Positions 1 to 9,332 of a stretch of 64,000 bases of DNA are shown here, in pieces. The position numbers were made by a program, and so were the translations under genes. The DNA is from a virus. Taxonomy: Duplodnaviria; Heunggongvirae; Uroviricota; Caudoviricetes. The notes under the pieces were generated by a model that made no database searches, was not told where the DNA came from, and worked only from the letters and a program-made list of their open reading frames with translations. Where the stretch lies: positions 15,712 to 79,711 of the IMG/VR virus record IMGVR_UViG_3300047476_001238. One strand, 5' to 3'. Positions within the stretch are counted from its first letter, which is position 1; every line of letters starts with the position of its first letter.

Positions 1-1
1 T

Positions 2-313
2 TTAGGTAATAATGCTTCCCCTGGTCACAGGCTCTATACCAGTGGTGGTTTTGATGTAATGTTTTTGCATGGCATCAATGCTAGGAGCATGCATAATAAC
101 ATGTTCCTTCTGCAGGACCACACCGGCATCTGCATCAGCAGTAAACAGGCTTTGAATAAGTCCCATTCCTTGCGGACTAGGCATTACTGTACAAGGCTTT
201 GCGATTTCGAAGCCATTGGGACCAGAGTCAACGATTCTTGCTACTATTTCGTCGCCAGTGACTAACTTGAAACTAACAATGTCACCTTGTTGATAACCTT
301 TTGATACTAGCAT
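2..313 (-). CDS. hypothetical protein (103 aa), last ORF of the nrd operon
   Basis: Complete minus-strand ORF abutting the nrdC-like gene (313/314). No recognisable motif. Confidence 0.45.
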   Translation of the reverse strand: MLVSKGYQQGDIVSFKLVTGDEIVARIVDSGPNGFEIAKPCTVMPSPQGMGLIQSLFTADADAGVVLQKEHVIMHAPSIDAMQKHYIKTTTGIEPVTRGSIIT

Positions 314-556
314 TTAGTTTTTTACCTTTTCGAAAAATTCAGCTGGTTGTTTATTGAGTCCATCAAACCCACCTGGAATTAACTCGTATCCGTGAAAGAT
401 TTGTGGAACACTTCTAAGGCCTTTATCTAACAACATCTGCCGCGATTCTATATCGTTCTCGATGTTAATTTCGTTAAATGGCACCCCTTTACTTTCTAGT
501 AATTGTTTTGCTCTAACGCAAAACGGGCAATTGTTTTTGGAATATATTGTAAGCAT
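314..556 (-). CDS. nrdC: glutaredoxin-like protein (T4 NrdC-type redoxin)
   Basis: 80 aa with a CPFC active-site motif near the N-terminus and glutaredoxin-fold spacing (VPxI...GGFD). Located in the nrd operon. Confidence 0.8.
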   Translation of the reverse strand: MLTIYSKNNCPFCVRAKQLLESKGVPFNEINIENDIESRQMLLDKGLRSVPQIFHGYELIPGGFDGLNKQPAEFFEKVKN

Positions 557-585
557 AGTGTTTTATTATAATGAATGTTTTGTAT

Positions 586-1719
586 TTACGCAAATTTATA
601 TTGCTCGGGTATTTTGTCCAAAATCATTTGATGCATTTGGTTTCTGATATCTTTTCTATATTGATACAGATGATTGTGGTTGTGCAATCGAATATGTTGT
701 GTTTGGTTTATCACTGTTTCCGGATCCAAGGTACTCAAATATTCAACTTGGTCAAACGCGAGTTTAAATCTTTCGCCGGCGTTATCACAATCGTCGTATG
801 ATTCGTCAATCACATTATCAAAAGTCATGAATCCAAGATCTTTTAAAAACTTCAATGTATGTCTAGGGCCAAACATTACAAATAGTCTCTGCCCTAGTAG
901 AACTTTGGCTGTTTTTTCAGTTATAAAAAACGGTCCTGGATCTTGATATCTGCTGGGCTCGGGATGTTGAAATACCGTTTCGCAACAAATACTGTAATAG
1001 GTATTATTGTAAATTTGCCACGGTGTTATTTCGCTTATTTCTCTTAGTATTTGATCTGACACTTCCATATCTGGAGTCAAATTGGGCGATACATAAGGCC
1101 ATACTAAATTTTTTTCAATCAAACGTACAGTATTTTGATCAAAAAAAGCATCAAGATTATTGTCGTCATATCCAAATTCTTTTCTATATGTAATTATAGA
1201 TTGTGATAACAAATCAGCATTTAATTGAAAACGAGACATCACATACGATCTATGTGCTCTACGTGCTCCTAGCAGTGCTTCAAATAAAAAATCTTTTTTA
1301 CCTTGGTGCGGCTGGAATGAATTCAATCTCATATGTTGAAAAATCCACCAGGGTCTATAAACAAGGTCAGGTTCGCTTATTCGTTTGGTAAGCCCGCCAA
1401 GTGCGATTAAAGAATTTTTTATTCCTGCTTGAGCAGCATATTCTTGAATGAGTTCTAAATTGGTATATTCGATGTCTGATAACAACACCAAATCAAACTT
1501 TGACCAGTCAATTGCACAAAGCATCTGATTATATGAATAACTACCTGGTTGATTGAACAATGCTGGAACAGCAGCAACACGATATGGCTGTGCTAGACAC
1601 TCTTCCAAGTTGTCTGTGGTTTGATGAGGAGAGAAATTTTCCCCTTGCCAATCTGATATGCAATCAACTGCTGAATGGGGAGGTAGCAGAGTAAATATTT
1701 TATATACAAACTGCTTCAT
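586..1719 (-). CDS. hypothetical protein (377 aa) inside the nrd operon
   Basis: Long ORF translationally coupled (ATGA overlap at 1716-1719) with the upstream ORF. No diagnostic motif recognised. Confidence 0.5.
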   Translation of the reverse strand: MKQFVYKIFTLLPPHSAVDCISDWQGENFSPHQTTDNLEECLAQPYRVAAVPALFNQPGSYSYNQMLCAIDWSKFDLVLLSDIEYTNLELIQEYAAQAGIKNSLIALGGLTKRISEPDLVYRPWWIFQHMRLNSFQPHQGKKDFLFEALLGARRAHRSYVMSRFQLNADLLSQSIITYRKEFGYDDNNLDAFFDQNTVRLIEKNLVWPYVSPNLTPDMEVSDQILREISEITPWQIYNNTYYSICCETVFQHPEPSRYQDPGPFFITEKTAKVLLGQRLFVMFGPRHTLKFLKDLGFMTFDNVIDESYDDCDNAGERFKLAFDQVEYLSTLDPETVINQTQHIRLHNHNHLYQYRKDIRNQMHQMILDKIPEQYKFA

Positions 1720-2567
1720 ATCCTGCTTGATATATCTTGGCGAATCTTATCAAAATTTATTACAGTGTTGGTATGAAATTCAAATAATATGCTATCATCA
1801 AGTCTTGGACACGCATCAACATAACAATTATAATCAACAGAATTTAATTTTGACATTTCGTTGCTGTCGTTGATGTTTCTTATTTCGCATCTACGCTGTA
1901 CAGTTCTATCTATGTTTCTTCTGGTCAAAACATAATTACCAAGAATTTCGTATTCGCTGAACCATATAAGATTGGTTTCCGCTTCTCTGTGACAGTTGTC
2001 AATGATTGCGTCAAGAAAATGTTTACCGGTCCGTTGTTCTAATTGCTGTCGCATTGCGACCCAATCTTCTTTGAGGAATGGTAAAAATTCAGTGATAAAA
2101 CAATCGGTGGTTTGTCGTGGTATGCCCAGGCTGTTTTCTATAACAGAGTAGTACCCAGGACTGTGTGTAGTGTCAGGAAGAACAAAAAAATTGGGTGTAT
2201 TGCCGTTGAAGCATTGGTATGGGCGTATTGCAAATGTGTCGGGATCTTGTATAAGAATTTTTTCATCTTTGAAATAATCTAGACATGCAATTTTCAAAGC
2301 CTGTTGTCTAAGCCATGTTCCTCTGTAATCACCAGGTTGATCCCAATTTAGAATTTCTGGGTATGCATCAATTAATTCTTGATCATTTACATAAACAAAT
2401 CTACTGGGATCGTCTACGTACTTTCTTAGAGTTTCGTTATAATGCTTTTCGGCAATATTACTTACGATATAAGTTTTATCTATACCTTCAAGAAAGTGAT
2501 CAAACTGAAAGGACATGATTGCATGTCCCATCCGATATCCGCCAACAAATACAGCTCTAGCCGTCAA
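1716..2567 (-). CDS. hypothetical protein (283 aa) inside the nrd operon
   Basis: ORF coupled to the nrdB stop (2564-2567 overlap). No diagnostic motif. Confidence 0.5.
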   Translation of the reverse strand: MTARAVFVGGYRMGHAIMSFQFDHFLEGIDKTYIVSNIAEKHYNETLRKYVDDPSRFVYVNDQELIDAYPEILNWDQPGDYRGTWLRQQALKIACLDYFKDEKILIQDPDTFAIRPYQCFNGNTPNFFVLPDTTHSPGYYSVIENSLGIPRQTTDCFITEFLPFLKEDWVAMRQQLEQRTGKHFLDAIIDNCHREAETNLIWFSEYEILGNYVLTRRNIDRTVQRRCEIRNINDSNEMSKLNSVDYNCYVDACPRLDDSILFEFHTNTVINFDKIRQDISSRI

Positions 2568-3691
2568 AGACTAAATCCTTTAAACGTGTTGGAGTCTACG
2601 TCTTGTTTTGTCCCGCCAATCACATAACTTGAAATCTCTGTTTCTTGCGGTGCCACTTGCACTTCTGCTCCAGCGATCCATTTGGCTGTCCATGGTAGCG
2701 GATTGGATCCTGGCTTCATACCACAATTCAATCCAACTGCGGTCATGCGCTTGCAGGTTAACCAATCTACATATTGACTCAGCAACTGCTCATTGAGACC
2801 AATCATGCTGCCGTCTTTGAACAAGTAGTGTGCCCAGGCTTTTTCTTGTGCGGCTGCTGCCAAAAACATTGCTTCACATTCTGCACGAGTTTCTTCTTTG
2901 ATAGAAGCATAATCAGGATCATCCTGAGGTAGCAATTTGAGCAGGGTTTGCGTGGACCCTAAGTGTACGTTTTCGTCTCGTGCAATCAGTTTAATGATCT
3001 TGGCATTGCCTTCCATCTTCTTTAGTTCTGCAAATGCCCACGAACAAGCAAAGCTCACATAAAAACGGATACCTTCTAGTGCGTTGACACTGTTAAGACA
3101 CAGCCATAGTTTTTTCTTCAAGTCTCGTTGGCCTACAACGATTTCTTTGCCGTTAACAGTGTGACGGCCATACCCTAACAGTTTATAATACTGTACAGTT
3201 TCAATAAGATCATCGTAGTACTTGCTGATATCTTTTGCACAATCTACAATTTCTTTTATATCCGTGAGCTCATCAAATATAACACTAGGGTCACTATAAA
3301 CATTGCGGATAATGTGAGTATAGCTACGGCTATGAATCGTTTCGTTAAAGGCCCAGGTTTGAATCCAAGTTTCGAGCTCAGGAATAGTAGCGATGGGAAG
3401 AAAAGCAAGATTGGGACTACGACCTTGAACACTATCCAAAAGGATTTGTCGCTTAAGATTACTTGTGAAAATATGCTGTTCATGTTCGGTCAATTCCTTG
3501 AAGTCTTTTGCATCTCGAAGTACATCTACTTCTTCTGGTCGCCAGAAGAATCCCAATTGTTTATCTGTCAGTTTGTCAAACTGTCTATACTTTAGTACAT
3601 CATATCGTTGAATAGGATGTGCGCCCGATTCGTCAAGAAATGCCAAAGCCTGTGTGTGATTATTTTTATTATTAATGTTAAAGACGCTCAT
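2564..3691 (-). CDS. nrdB: ribonucleotide reductase class Ia beta subunit
   Basis: 375 aa colinear with E. coli NrdB: [55 protein letters not shown]. Confidence 0.92.
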   Translation of the reverse strand: MSVFNINNKNNHTQALAFLDESGAHPIQRYDVLKYRQFDKLTDKQLGFFWRPEEVDVLRDAKDFKELTEHEQHIFTSNLKRQILLDSVQGRSPNLAFLPIATIPELETWIQTWAFNETIHSRSYTHIIRNVYSDPSVIFDELTDIKEIVDCAKDISKYYDDLIETVQYYKLLGYGRHTVNGKEIVVGQRDLKKKLWLCLNSVNALEGIRFYVSFACSWAFAELKKMEGNAKIIKLIARDENVHLGSTQTLLKLLPQDDPDYASIKEETRAECEAMFLAAAAQEKAWAHYLFKDGSMIGLNEQLLSQYVDWLTCKRMTAVGLNCGMKPGSNPLPWTAKWIAGAEVQVAPQETEISSYVIGGTKQDVDSNTFKGFSL

Positions 3692-3693
3692 TG

Positions 3694-4143
3694 TTATTTT
3701 CCAACCTCGTAAGTTTTTTCAAATATTTCTCTTTTTACTACACCGTAGTCGTTGGGACCGTGGCGGACAATATAGTCATTGCCTGCTGTATAGTTTAGCA
3801 CTTCGCCCCAACTGGTTGCAACTGATCCATCATGATCGGCCAATTTGGCCAATTTTATTATTTTCTTGGGATAACAAATACCGTTGCCTGCGTCATCTTT
3901 TAATTCACGAAACTTTTCTGGAGGGATAGGGTATTGTTCGCCCTTGGGTCCGGTAAGGATATAATAACCTCGTTTATAGTTTACCGGGCCTTCGAGAGTT
4001 TGAATAACGCCATCCTCTTCGGCTATTTCGTATTGCTCAGGGTTGGGTTTTTTATAGGTTTTAAAAGACCCGTCTTTGAACCAATCATCAGTGATACCAA
4101 TAGCGGTATCCTCAAACAGATTGATATATTTTCGTAGATTCAT
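3694..4143 (-). CDS. PGDYG-domain-like protein
   Basis: 149 aa with a C-terminal [12 protein letters not shown] stretch resembling the PGDYG motif family. Sits between nrdA and nrdB. Confidence 0.5.
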   Translation of the reverse strand: MNLRKYINLFEDTAIGITDDWFKDGSFKTYKKPNPEQYEIAEEDGVIQTLEGPVNYKRGYYILTGPKGEQYPIPPEKFRELKDDAGNGICYPKKIIKLAKLADHDGSVATSWGEVLNYTAGNDYIVRHGPNDYGVVKREIFEKTYEVGK

Positions 4144-4150
4144 AACTCTA

Positions 4151-6454
4151 TTAGATTACGCAACTGTCGCAGTCTTCTTGACTGGTGTATTCTGTTTCTT
4201 CTACTGGTTTAGAGTCAACTAACTTGTCGATGTTGATTTCGCCTTGACCATCAAAGGTGTTAAAATAATACAGTTGCTTCAATCCATACTTGTAGCACAT
4301 TAAAAGATGCTGTAGCATTTCCGACATAGGAATCTTTTCATCATCGTAGTACTGTGGATTGTAGGAAGTATTTACACTGATACCTTGATCAATATATTTT
4401 TGTAGCACTGCACACAGCTTGAGATAGCCCTCGGGGCTGACTTGATCCCAAAGCAGTTCATATTTGTTCTTTAAACGACGATATTCAGGAACTACCTGAC
4501 GTAATGCGCCGTGTTTGCTTTGCTTTACTGACACATACGAACGTGGTGGCTCAATTCCATTAGTAGCATTACTGATCTGAGCACTTGTCTCTGCAGGCAT
4601 CAAAGCCATTAGTGTGGCATTGCGCTGACCAGTACGTTGGATTTGTTCGCGTAGTGATTGCCAAGGCATACGCTCTTGGTAGGGCACCAATTCGTCCACA
4701 TCTCGTTTACGTGTATCAATAGGTAATACGCCGTTTGCACTCTTTAAATCCTTCCAGCGAGTGCAAGCGCCTTGTTCTTCGGCGAGGTCTGCAGAAGCTT
4801 TGATCAAATAATACGACCAAGCTTCTGCATACTCGTCAACTAAAGCTAACGCCTTAGGGTCACTATAACTAACATCATTCTTAGCTAGGAAGTAGGCAAA
4901 ATTAATAATTCCAACCCCAATTGGCCTAAACTCTTCGGTCGCTAAACGTGCTGCAAGGATCGGATAATTTTGATACGACAACAATGCATCCAATCCTCTT
5001 ACCGCCAACCGACACATCTTTTCGAAGTCATGTGGGCTTTTTACATTGCCCCAATTGATCGCTGATAGAGTACACAGGGCGATCCTACCATCCTCGTCGT
5101 TGACATCTTTTAACGGCACAGTTGGCAAATCAATTTCAGCGCAAAGATTACTCATCTTGATTGGTGCAACTCGTTCATCAAACGGCGAATGCGTGTTTGC
5201 ATGATCGACATTCTGGAGATAGATACGACCAGTATCCTTGCGTTCCTGCATGAATCTACTAAACAAATCAGCAGCCTTGAAAGTTTTCTTTCTCAGCTTG
5301 GTATTACGCTCTGCTCGCTCATATAGCTCTTTGAATCGATCTTGATCATTGAAAAAGGCAGAGTACAGCTCTGGTACATCATTAGGACTAAAGCAGGTAA
5401 TATCGCCACCTGTAATTAGTCTTTCATACATCAACTTGTTAAACTGCACACCATAGTCCATATGGCGTACACGATTGTCTTCGGTTCCTTTGTTGTTCTT
5501 GAGAACAATCAAATCCTCAATCTCGAGGTGCCAGATCGGGTAGTACAAAGTAGCGGCGCCATTACGGACACCCCCTTGCGAACAACTACGAGTGGCGCTT
5601 TGGAACAGCTTGTAAAAGGGTATAACCCCGGTGTGGTAAGCATCTCCATTTCGGATTGGGCTTCCGAGTGCTCGTATTCTACCTGCACCGATTCCAATGC
5701 CGGCTTTTTGGCTGACGTACTTAACAATGGAAGAAGTAGTAGCATTAATACTGTCAAGACTATCGTCCGTTTCAATAAGAACGCAACTACTGAATTGCTT
5801 TTGCGGAGTGCGTACACCGGCCATAACAGGAGTAGGCAAGCTGATATCGTGTAAGCTAATGGCGTCATAATAATCTTTTACCCATTGTAATCTTGTTTCT
5901 CGCGGATAATTTTGAAATAATGTTGCGGCGATAAGCAGATATGCCACTTGCGGTGTTTCGTATATCTCATTGGTCACACGATTTTGTACAAGATATTTAC
6001 CGCGCCATTGTTCCATGGCCACATAGGTAAAGTTCTCGTCTCTGTCGTGGTGAATAAATGAATTCAGTCGTGCCCACTCGTCCTCACTGTAGGCGGCGAG
6101 AAGTCCTGTATCGTAAAATCCCGACTCCACATTCTTTTTTACAAGATCTATCAAGGGCCAAGGCTGGTAGTCACCATAAACCTGTTTGCGAAGATGATAG
6201 TTAATCAATCTTCCTGCTACATATTGATAGTTTGGGGTTTCTTCGCTGATTAGATCAGCGGCTGACTTAATTAATGTTTCTTGGATATCCGATGTACGGA
6301 TTCCGTTATAAAATTGAATATGACTTTTTATTTCTACTTCACTTGCACTAACTCCAGTGATCCCTTCAGTTGCCCAAAACACCACTTTATGTAGTTTTTC
6401 TAAATCTAGTGTTTCTTTACGTCCGTCTCTTTTAGTTATTTGAATCTGCGTCAT
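4151..6454 (-). CDS. nrdA: ribonucleotide reductase class Ia alpha subunit
   Basis: 767 aa with an N-terminal ATP-cone (VTKRDGRKETLDLEKL), the catalytic NLCAEI and CSQGGVRNGAAT loops, and a C-terminal Cys pair. Length is typical of NrdA. Confidence 0.93.
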   Translation of the reverse strand: MTQIQITKRDGRKETLDLEKLHKVVFWATEGITGVSASEVEIKSHIQFYNGIRTSDIQETLIKSAADLISEETPNYQYVAGRLINYHLRKQVYGDYQPWPLIDLVKKNVESGFYDTGLLAAYSEDEWARLNSFIHHDRDENFTYVAMEQWRGKYLVQNRVTNEIYETPQVAYLLIAATLFQNYPRETRLQWVKDYYDAISLHDISLPTPVMAGVRTPQKQFSSCVLIETDDSLDSINATTSSIVKYVSQKAGIGIGAGRIRALGSPIRNGDAYHTGVIPFYKLFQSATRSCSQGGVRNGAATLYYPIWHLEIEDLIVLKNNKGTEDNRVRHMDYGVQFNKLMYERLITGGDITCFSPNDVPELYSAFFNDQDRFKELYERAERNTKLRKKTFKAADLFSRFMQERKDTGRIYLQNVDHANTHSPFDERVAPIKMSNLCAEIDLPTVPLKDVNDEDGRIALCTLSAINWGNVKSPHDFEKMCRLAVRGLDALLSYQNYPILAARLATEEFRPIGVGIINFAYFLAKNDVSYSDPKALALVDEYAEAWSYYLIKASADLAEEQGACTRWKDLKSANGVLPIDTRKRDVDELVPYQERMPWQSLREQIQRTGQRNATLMALMPAETSAQISNATNGIEPPRSYVSVKQSKHGALRQVVPEYRRLKNKYELLWDQVSPEGYLKLCAVLQKYIDQGISVNTSYNPQYYDDEKIPMSEMLQHLLMCYKYGLKQLYYFNTFDGQGEINIDKLVDSKPVEETEYTSQEDCDSCVI

Positions 6455-6463
6455 CTATTGCCT

Positions 6464-6913
6464 CTAGTATTGTTCTAATTTTAAATCTATTGCTGTGTAG
6501 CAATATTTTAAGTTAAATTGTTGATTAATGTGTTCTTTATTTACGATCTCGTCCTCAATCAAATTAAGAACATATTTCCCATCGGCAAAGTATGCTATAT
6601 GATATTGATATCTATCAACTGGATCATTATATACTCGTATTTCCGGTTTTAGATTTTTGCCGTGATCGCTAAGATGTAAAGTATATACTATTCCCAAGCA
6701 TTTTGCAAGATCGCAATAGTAATTTTCTATCAGTAATTCCCAAGGATTGGGCCACGAGTCAGGTTGCTCGGCTGTGAGATAGAACGGAGTAAAAGGACAA
6801 GTTTGCCAAAGTCGTTGAGTTTCCTCCAATGCACGTTCAAGTGGCATACTACCAATTTGACTTCGAAAATTCTTCCAATAGGCCAAACGCCTATTAGCAG
6901 ATAGTTTGAACAT
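6464..6913 (-). CDS. hypothetical protein (149 aa)
   Basis: ORF with a TATAAT/TTTATAAATG-like element immediately upstream. No motif. Confidence 0.45.
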   Translation of the reverse strand: MFKLSANRRLAYWKNFRSQIGSMPLERALEETQRLWQTCPFTPFYLTAEQPDSWPNPWELLIENYYCDLAKCLGIVYTLHLSDHGKNLKPEIRVYNDPVDRYQYHIAYFADGKYVLNLIEDEIVNKEHINQQFNLKYCYTAIDLKLEQY

Positions 6914-6920
6914 TTATAAA

Positions 6921-8282
6921 TTATACAAATTGTGTAAGACTATATTTTAAAGTACCAGTGCCCGAATCTAAGGAACAAATTAAACTGTCTGCATTGGCAA
7001 ACAAATTTGCCTTGAGACTTATATTTGATTCAGTATAACTGTCGGTAAAATTACTGTAAGTACCATCAGTAGAAAACGTAAATGTACCAAAGCGTTTAGC
7101 AGAGCTATTGCTCAATTCATAACGTATTTTTCCTGCGGTGTTTGGAACTAAACTGGCCACATAAGTGGTACCTGTAATGGATGCCCCTCGTGCTACCCCT
7201 GTCAATAAATTTCCCAAGAACATACCTAAGCCAGCGTCTGATCCTGTTTGGAATGTTTCACCAAAACTCACAAAGCTCACAGCCGAGTCCTTCAAGAAGA
7301 CTGCTGACTGTCCTGCGTAGTAATTGTTAATTGAAGAAACAGAATCTATAGAATTCATCACAAAAGCAGTATTCGACAGACCATCGTATCTACTGTTCAT
7401 GATACTCAATGAACGTGTAGTAGTTCCAAAATTAACTATCCCATTACCGCCGCCAACGAAACGACATCCATCAAAAGTTAACGAATTAACTGGTGACACA
7501 GTACTGTAGATGTGTACCACATTTGGAAACACAGTTGCAGATACATTTGATCCAAAATGAGTATTTACTATTCTGACGTTAGATGCACTGTCAATGTTCA
7601 AAACAGGTTGTGCTACACCGGCGCTGGTGTTAACAAACGACATGCCGCTGATTTCAATACCTTGTGGTAATATAGCTGTTCCTGAGCCAATCAATGGTCC
7701 AGAATTAAAAGAAGAATCGCAAAGGTTTGCTACAGATAAATTACCAAACTTGGCCTTGATAATTGTGCTATCAATACCATCACCTACCAATCTAGCATAA
7801 GGAGGAATTTGAATAGTATTGGATGTTAGATACGTGCCGCCGGGCAAATAAATTGTTCTACGTGTGCGAGGATCTATTTCGTTTAACGATGTTCTATAAA
7901 TTTGAGTTATTGCTCGATTAATTGCAGCATAGTCATCGTCCAAGCCATTGCCTTTGGCTCCAAAATCTCTAACATTTACAAAGTCGTCAAACTTTTGTTG
8001 GAAGCTACGAACAGTTGGATTTAGTAGACTGCTGCCAGTCTGTACCGAAAATCCTGTTGCATTGCCTACAAATGTGTAAGTTCCAAGTAGAGCAGTAAGG
8101 TCAGAGTACTGAGTTAAAATTTCAGTGACTCCCAGTGTCGGGGCACCTTCATCCAAGGTACCATTACCAATGTATAATTTTCTGGTGTCCAAACTCCAAC
8201 CAAGTTCAGCTGAAGCTAACTGCGGAAGATCTTGCTCTAATCCTCTGCGATGTTGAATTCTGCTTATCTGCGTAACGGCCAT
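6921..8282 (-). CDS. late-expressed putative virion protein with beta-helix-like repeats (fiber/spike-like)
   Basis: 453 aa, Gly/Asn/Thr/Ser-rich with repetitive short beta-strand segments. A CTAAATA late-promoter motif (8304-8310) and a GAGGA RBS lie upstream. Confidence 0.5.
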   Translation of the reverse strand: MAVTQISRIQHRRGLEQDLPQLASAELGWSLDTRKLYIGNGTLDEGAPTLGVTEILTQYSDLTALLGTYTFVGNATGFSVQTGSSLLNPTVRSFQQKFDDFVNVRDFGAKGNGLDDDYAAINRAITQIYRTSLNEIDPRTRRTIYLPGGTYLTSNTIQIPPYARLVGDGIDSTIIKAKFGNLSVANLCDSSFNSGPLIGSGTAILPQGIEISGMSFVNTSAGVAQPVLNIDSASNVRIVNTHFGSNVSATVFPNVVHIYSTVSPVNSLTFDGCRFVGGGNGIVNFGTTTRSLSIMNSRYDGLSNTAFVMNSIDSVSSINNYYAGQSAVFLKDSAVSFVSFGETFQTGSDAGLGMFLGNLLTGVARGASITGTTYVASLVPNTAGKIRYELSNSSAKRFGTFTFSTDGTYSNFTDSYTESNISLKANLFANADSLICSLDSGTGTLKYSLTQFV

Positions 8283-8303
8283 GCTAAATCCTCAATTATT
8301 GTG

Positions 8304-8310
8304 TATTTAG
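8304..8310 (-). promoter_or_regulatory. CTAAATA late-promoter-like motif (cyanomyovirus-type variant)
   Basis: 21 nt upstream of the ATG of the beta-helix protein. A second copy at 12591-12597 sits upstream of the 231-aa gene. Confidence 0.4.
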
Positions 8311-9005
8311 CTTGTAAGATAGTAGAGCTCTACTCTACGCATCCACTGATCACTCCAATAAGCAAAATCCTTGGGTTCTAGTACAAATTCCTGGTATTGA
8401 GGCGTTGCGTGTTCATCAGTAGGTCGAGCACACATGAGAATAACACCCGTGTTAATGTTTGTTCCATATGTGTCGTTGTGAGCCGCAGCATATGCCGCGA
8501 GCTGTAGAAAATAATCGTCGATCCACTCACGCTTTTTAGGCTTGTTCGTTTGCTTAAAATCCATGATTGCAGGCTGTCCCTTCCACACCCCGACACAGTC
8601 AGTAGTACCAGCATATAGCCCAGAATAGTATAAAGGAACCTCGCAACCCCAATATTCATCAACATTACCTAATCCTTCTAAAATAACTTGTGCAGCCATA
8701 AACCAGCTAGGCTGTGCAAACGGGTTGGAGGGGAAATCGCCTATATCGTCATTTTTAACATAACGCTCAAGATAGGTATGCATACGGGTGCCACGATTGG
8801 CAGCTTCTGTGGTAATTTGCTGTGCTCGTTCATGCCCAACACGATCTTTCCATTCTTGAAGCTTTTGTCTTGCTTCAGCAGGTTTAGTACGATCTAGGAT
8901 TGTTGTGACACTAGGAACACGGCTACCATCAGGAAGGGCGTAATGACGTTTACCCTCTACACTTTCTCTAGCTAGAGGGGTATAATCAAATTTTGGTATA
9001 ATCAT
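8307..9005 (-). CDS. PD-(D/E)XK family exonuclease (Cas4/YqaJ-like)
   Basis: 232 aa with IMDFKQ (hxDhK) and upstream acidic residues typical of PD-(D/E)XK nucleases, plus a conserved Cys. Confidence 0.55.
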   Translation of the reverse strand: MIIPKFDYTPLARESVEGKRHYALPDGSRVPSVTTILDRTKPAEARQKLQEWKDRVGHERAQQITTEAANRGTRMHTYLERYVKNDDIGDFPSNPFAQPSWFMAAQVILEGLGNVDEYWGCEVPLYYSGLYAGTTDCVGVWKGQPAIMDFKQTNKPKKREWIDDYFLQLAAYAAAHNDTYGTNINTGVILMCARPTDEHATPQYQEFVLEPKDFAYWSDQWMRRVELYYLTS

Positions 9006-9332
9006 TTAAACTCGAAAACTTTCTCCGCAACCGCAGCGGTCACGTTCGTTTGGGTTGATAAACTCGAAACCTTCGTTGAGTCCTTGCCGCTTGTAATCCA
9101 TAGTAAGACCATTTACGTAAGGCAAATCTCGACCGTTAACATATATTTTAACACCATTGCTGTCATAAGTCATCCAGTCTCTAGTGACCGGAGGAACATC
9201 TACATATTCTAACTTATAAGCAAGACCCGAGCACCCGGTAGTACGGACGCCAATCATTATGCCAGATCCACGACCACGTTTGATTAAGTGCTGTTGTACT
9301 TTTTTTGCTGCTTTTTCGGTGAGAGTAATCAT
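9006..9332 (-). CDS. HesB/IscA-type Fe-S cluster insertion protein
   Basis: 108 aa with a GCSGLAYKL core and the C-terminal CGCGESF signature of A-type carriers. Confidence 0.85.
   Translation of the reverse strand: MITLTEKAAKKVQQHLIKRGRGSGIMIGVRTTGCSGLAYKLEYVDVPPVTRDWMTYDSNGVKIYVNGRDLPYVNGLTMDYKRQGLNEGFEFINPNERDRCGCGESFRV

Noticed and set aside
586-2567. The two unknown ORFs in the nrd operon as T4-type DNA alpha- or beta-glucosyltransferases
   Set aside because: No similarity to T4 a-gt or b-gt sequences was recognisable from memory, and there are no GT-B motifs. Kept as hypothetical.
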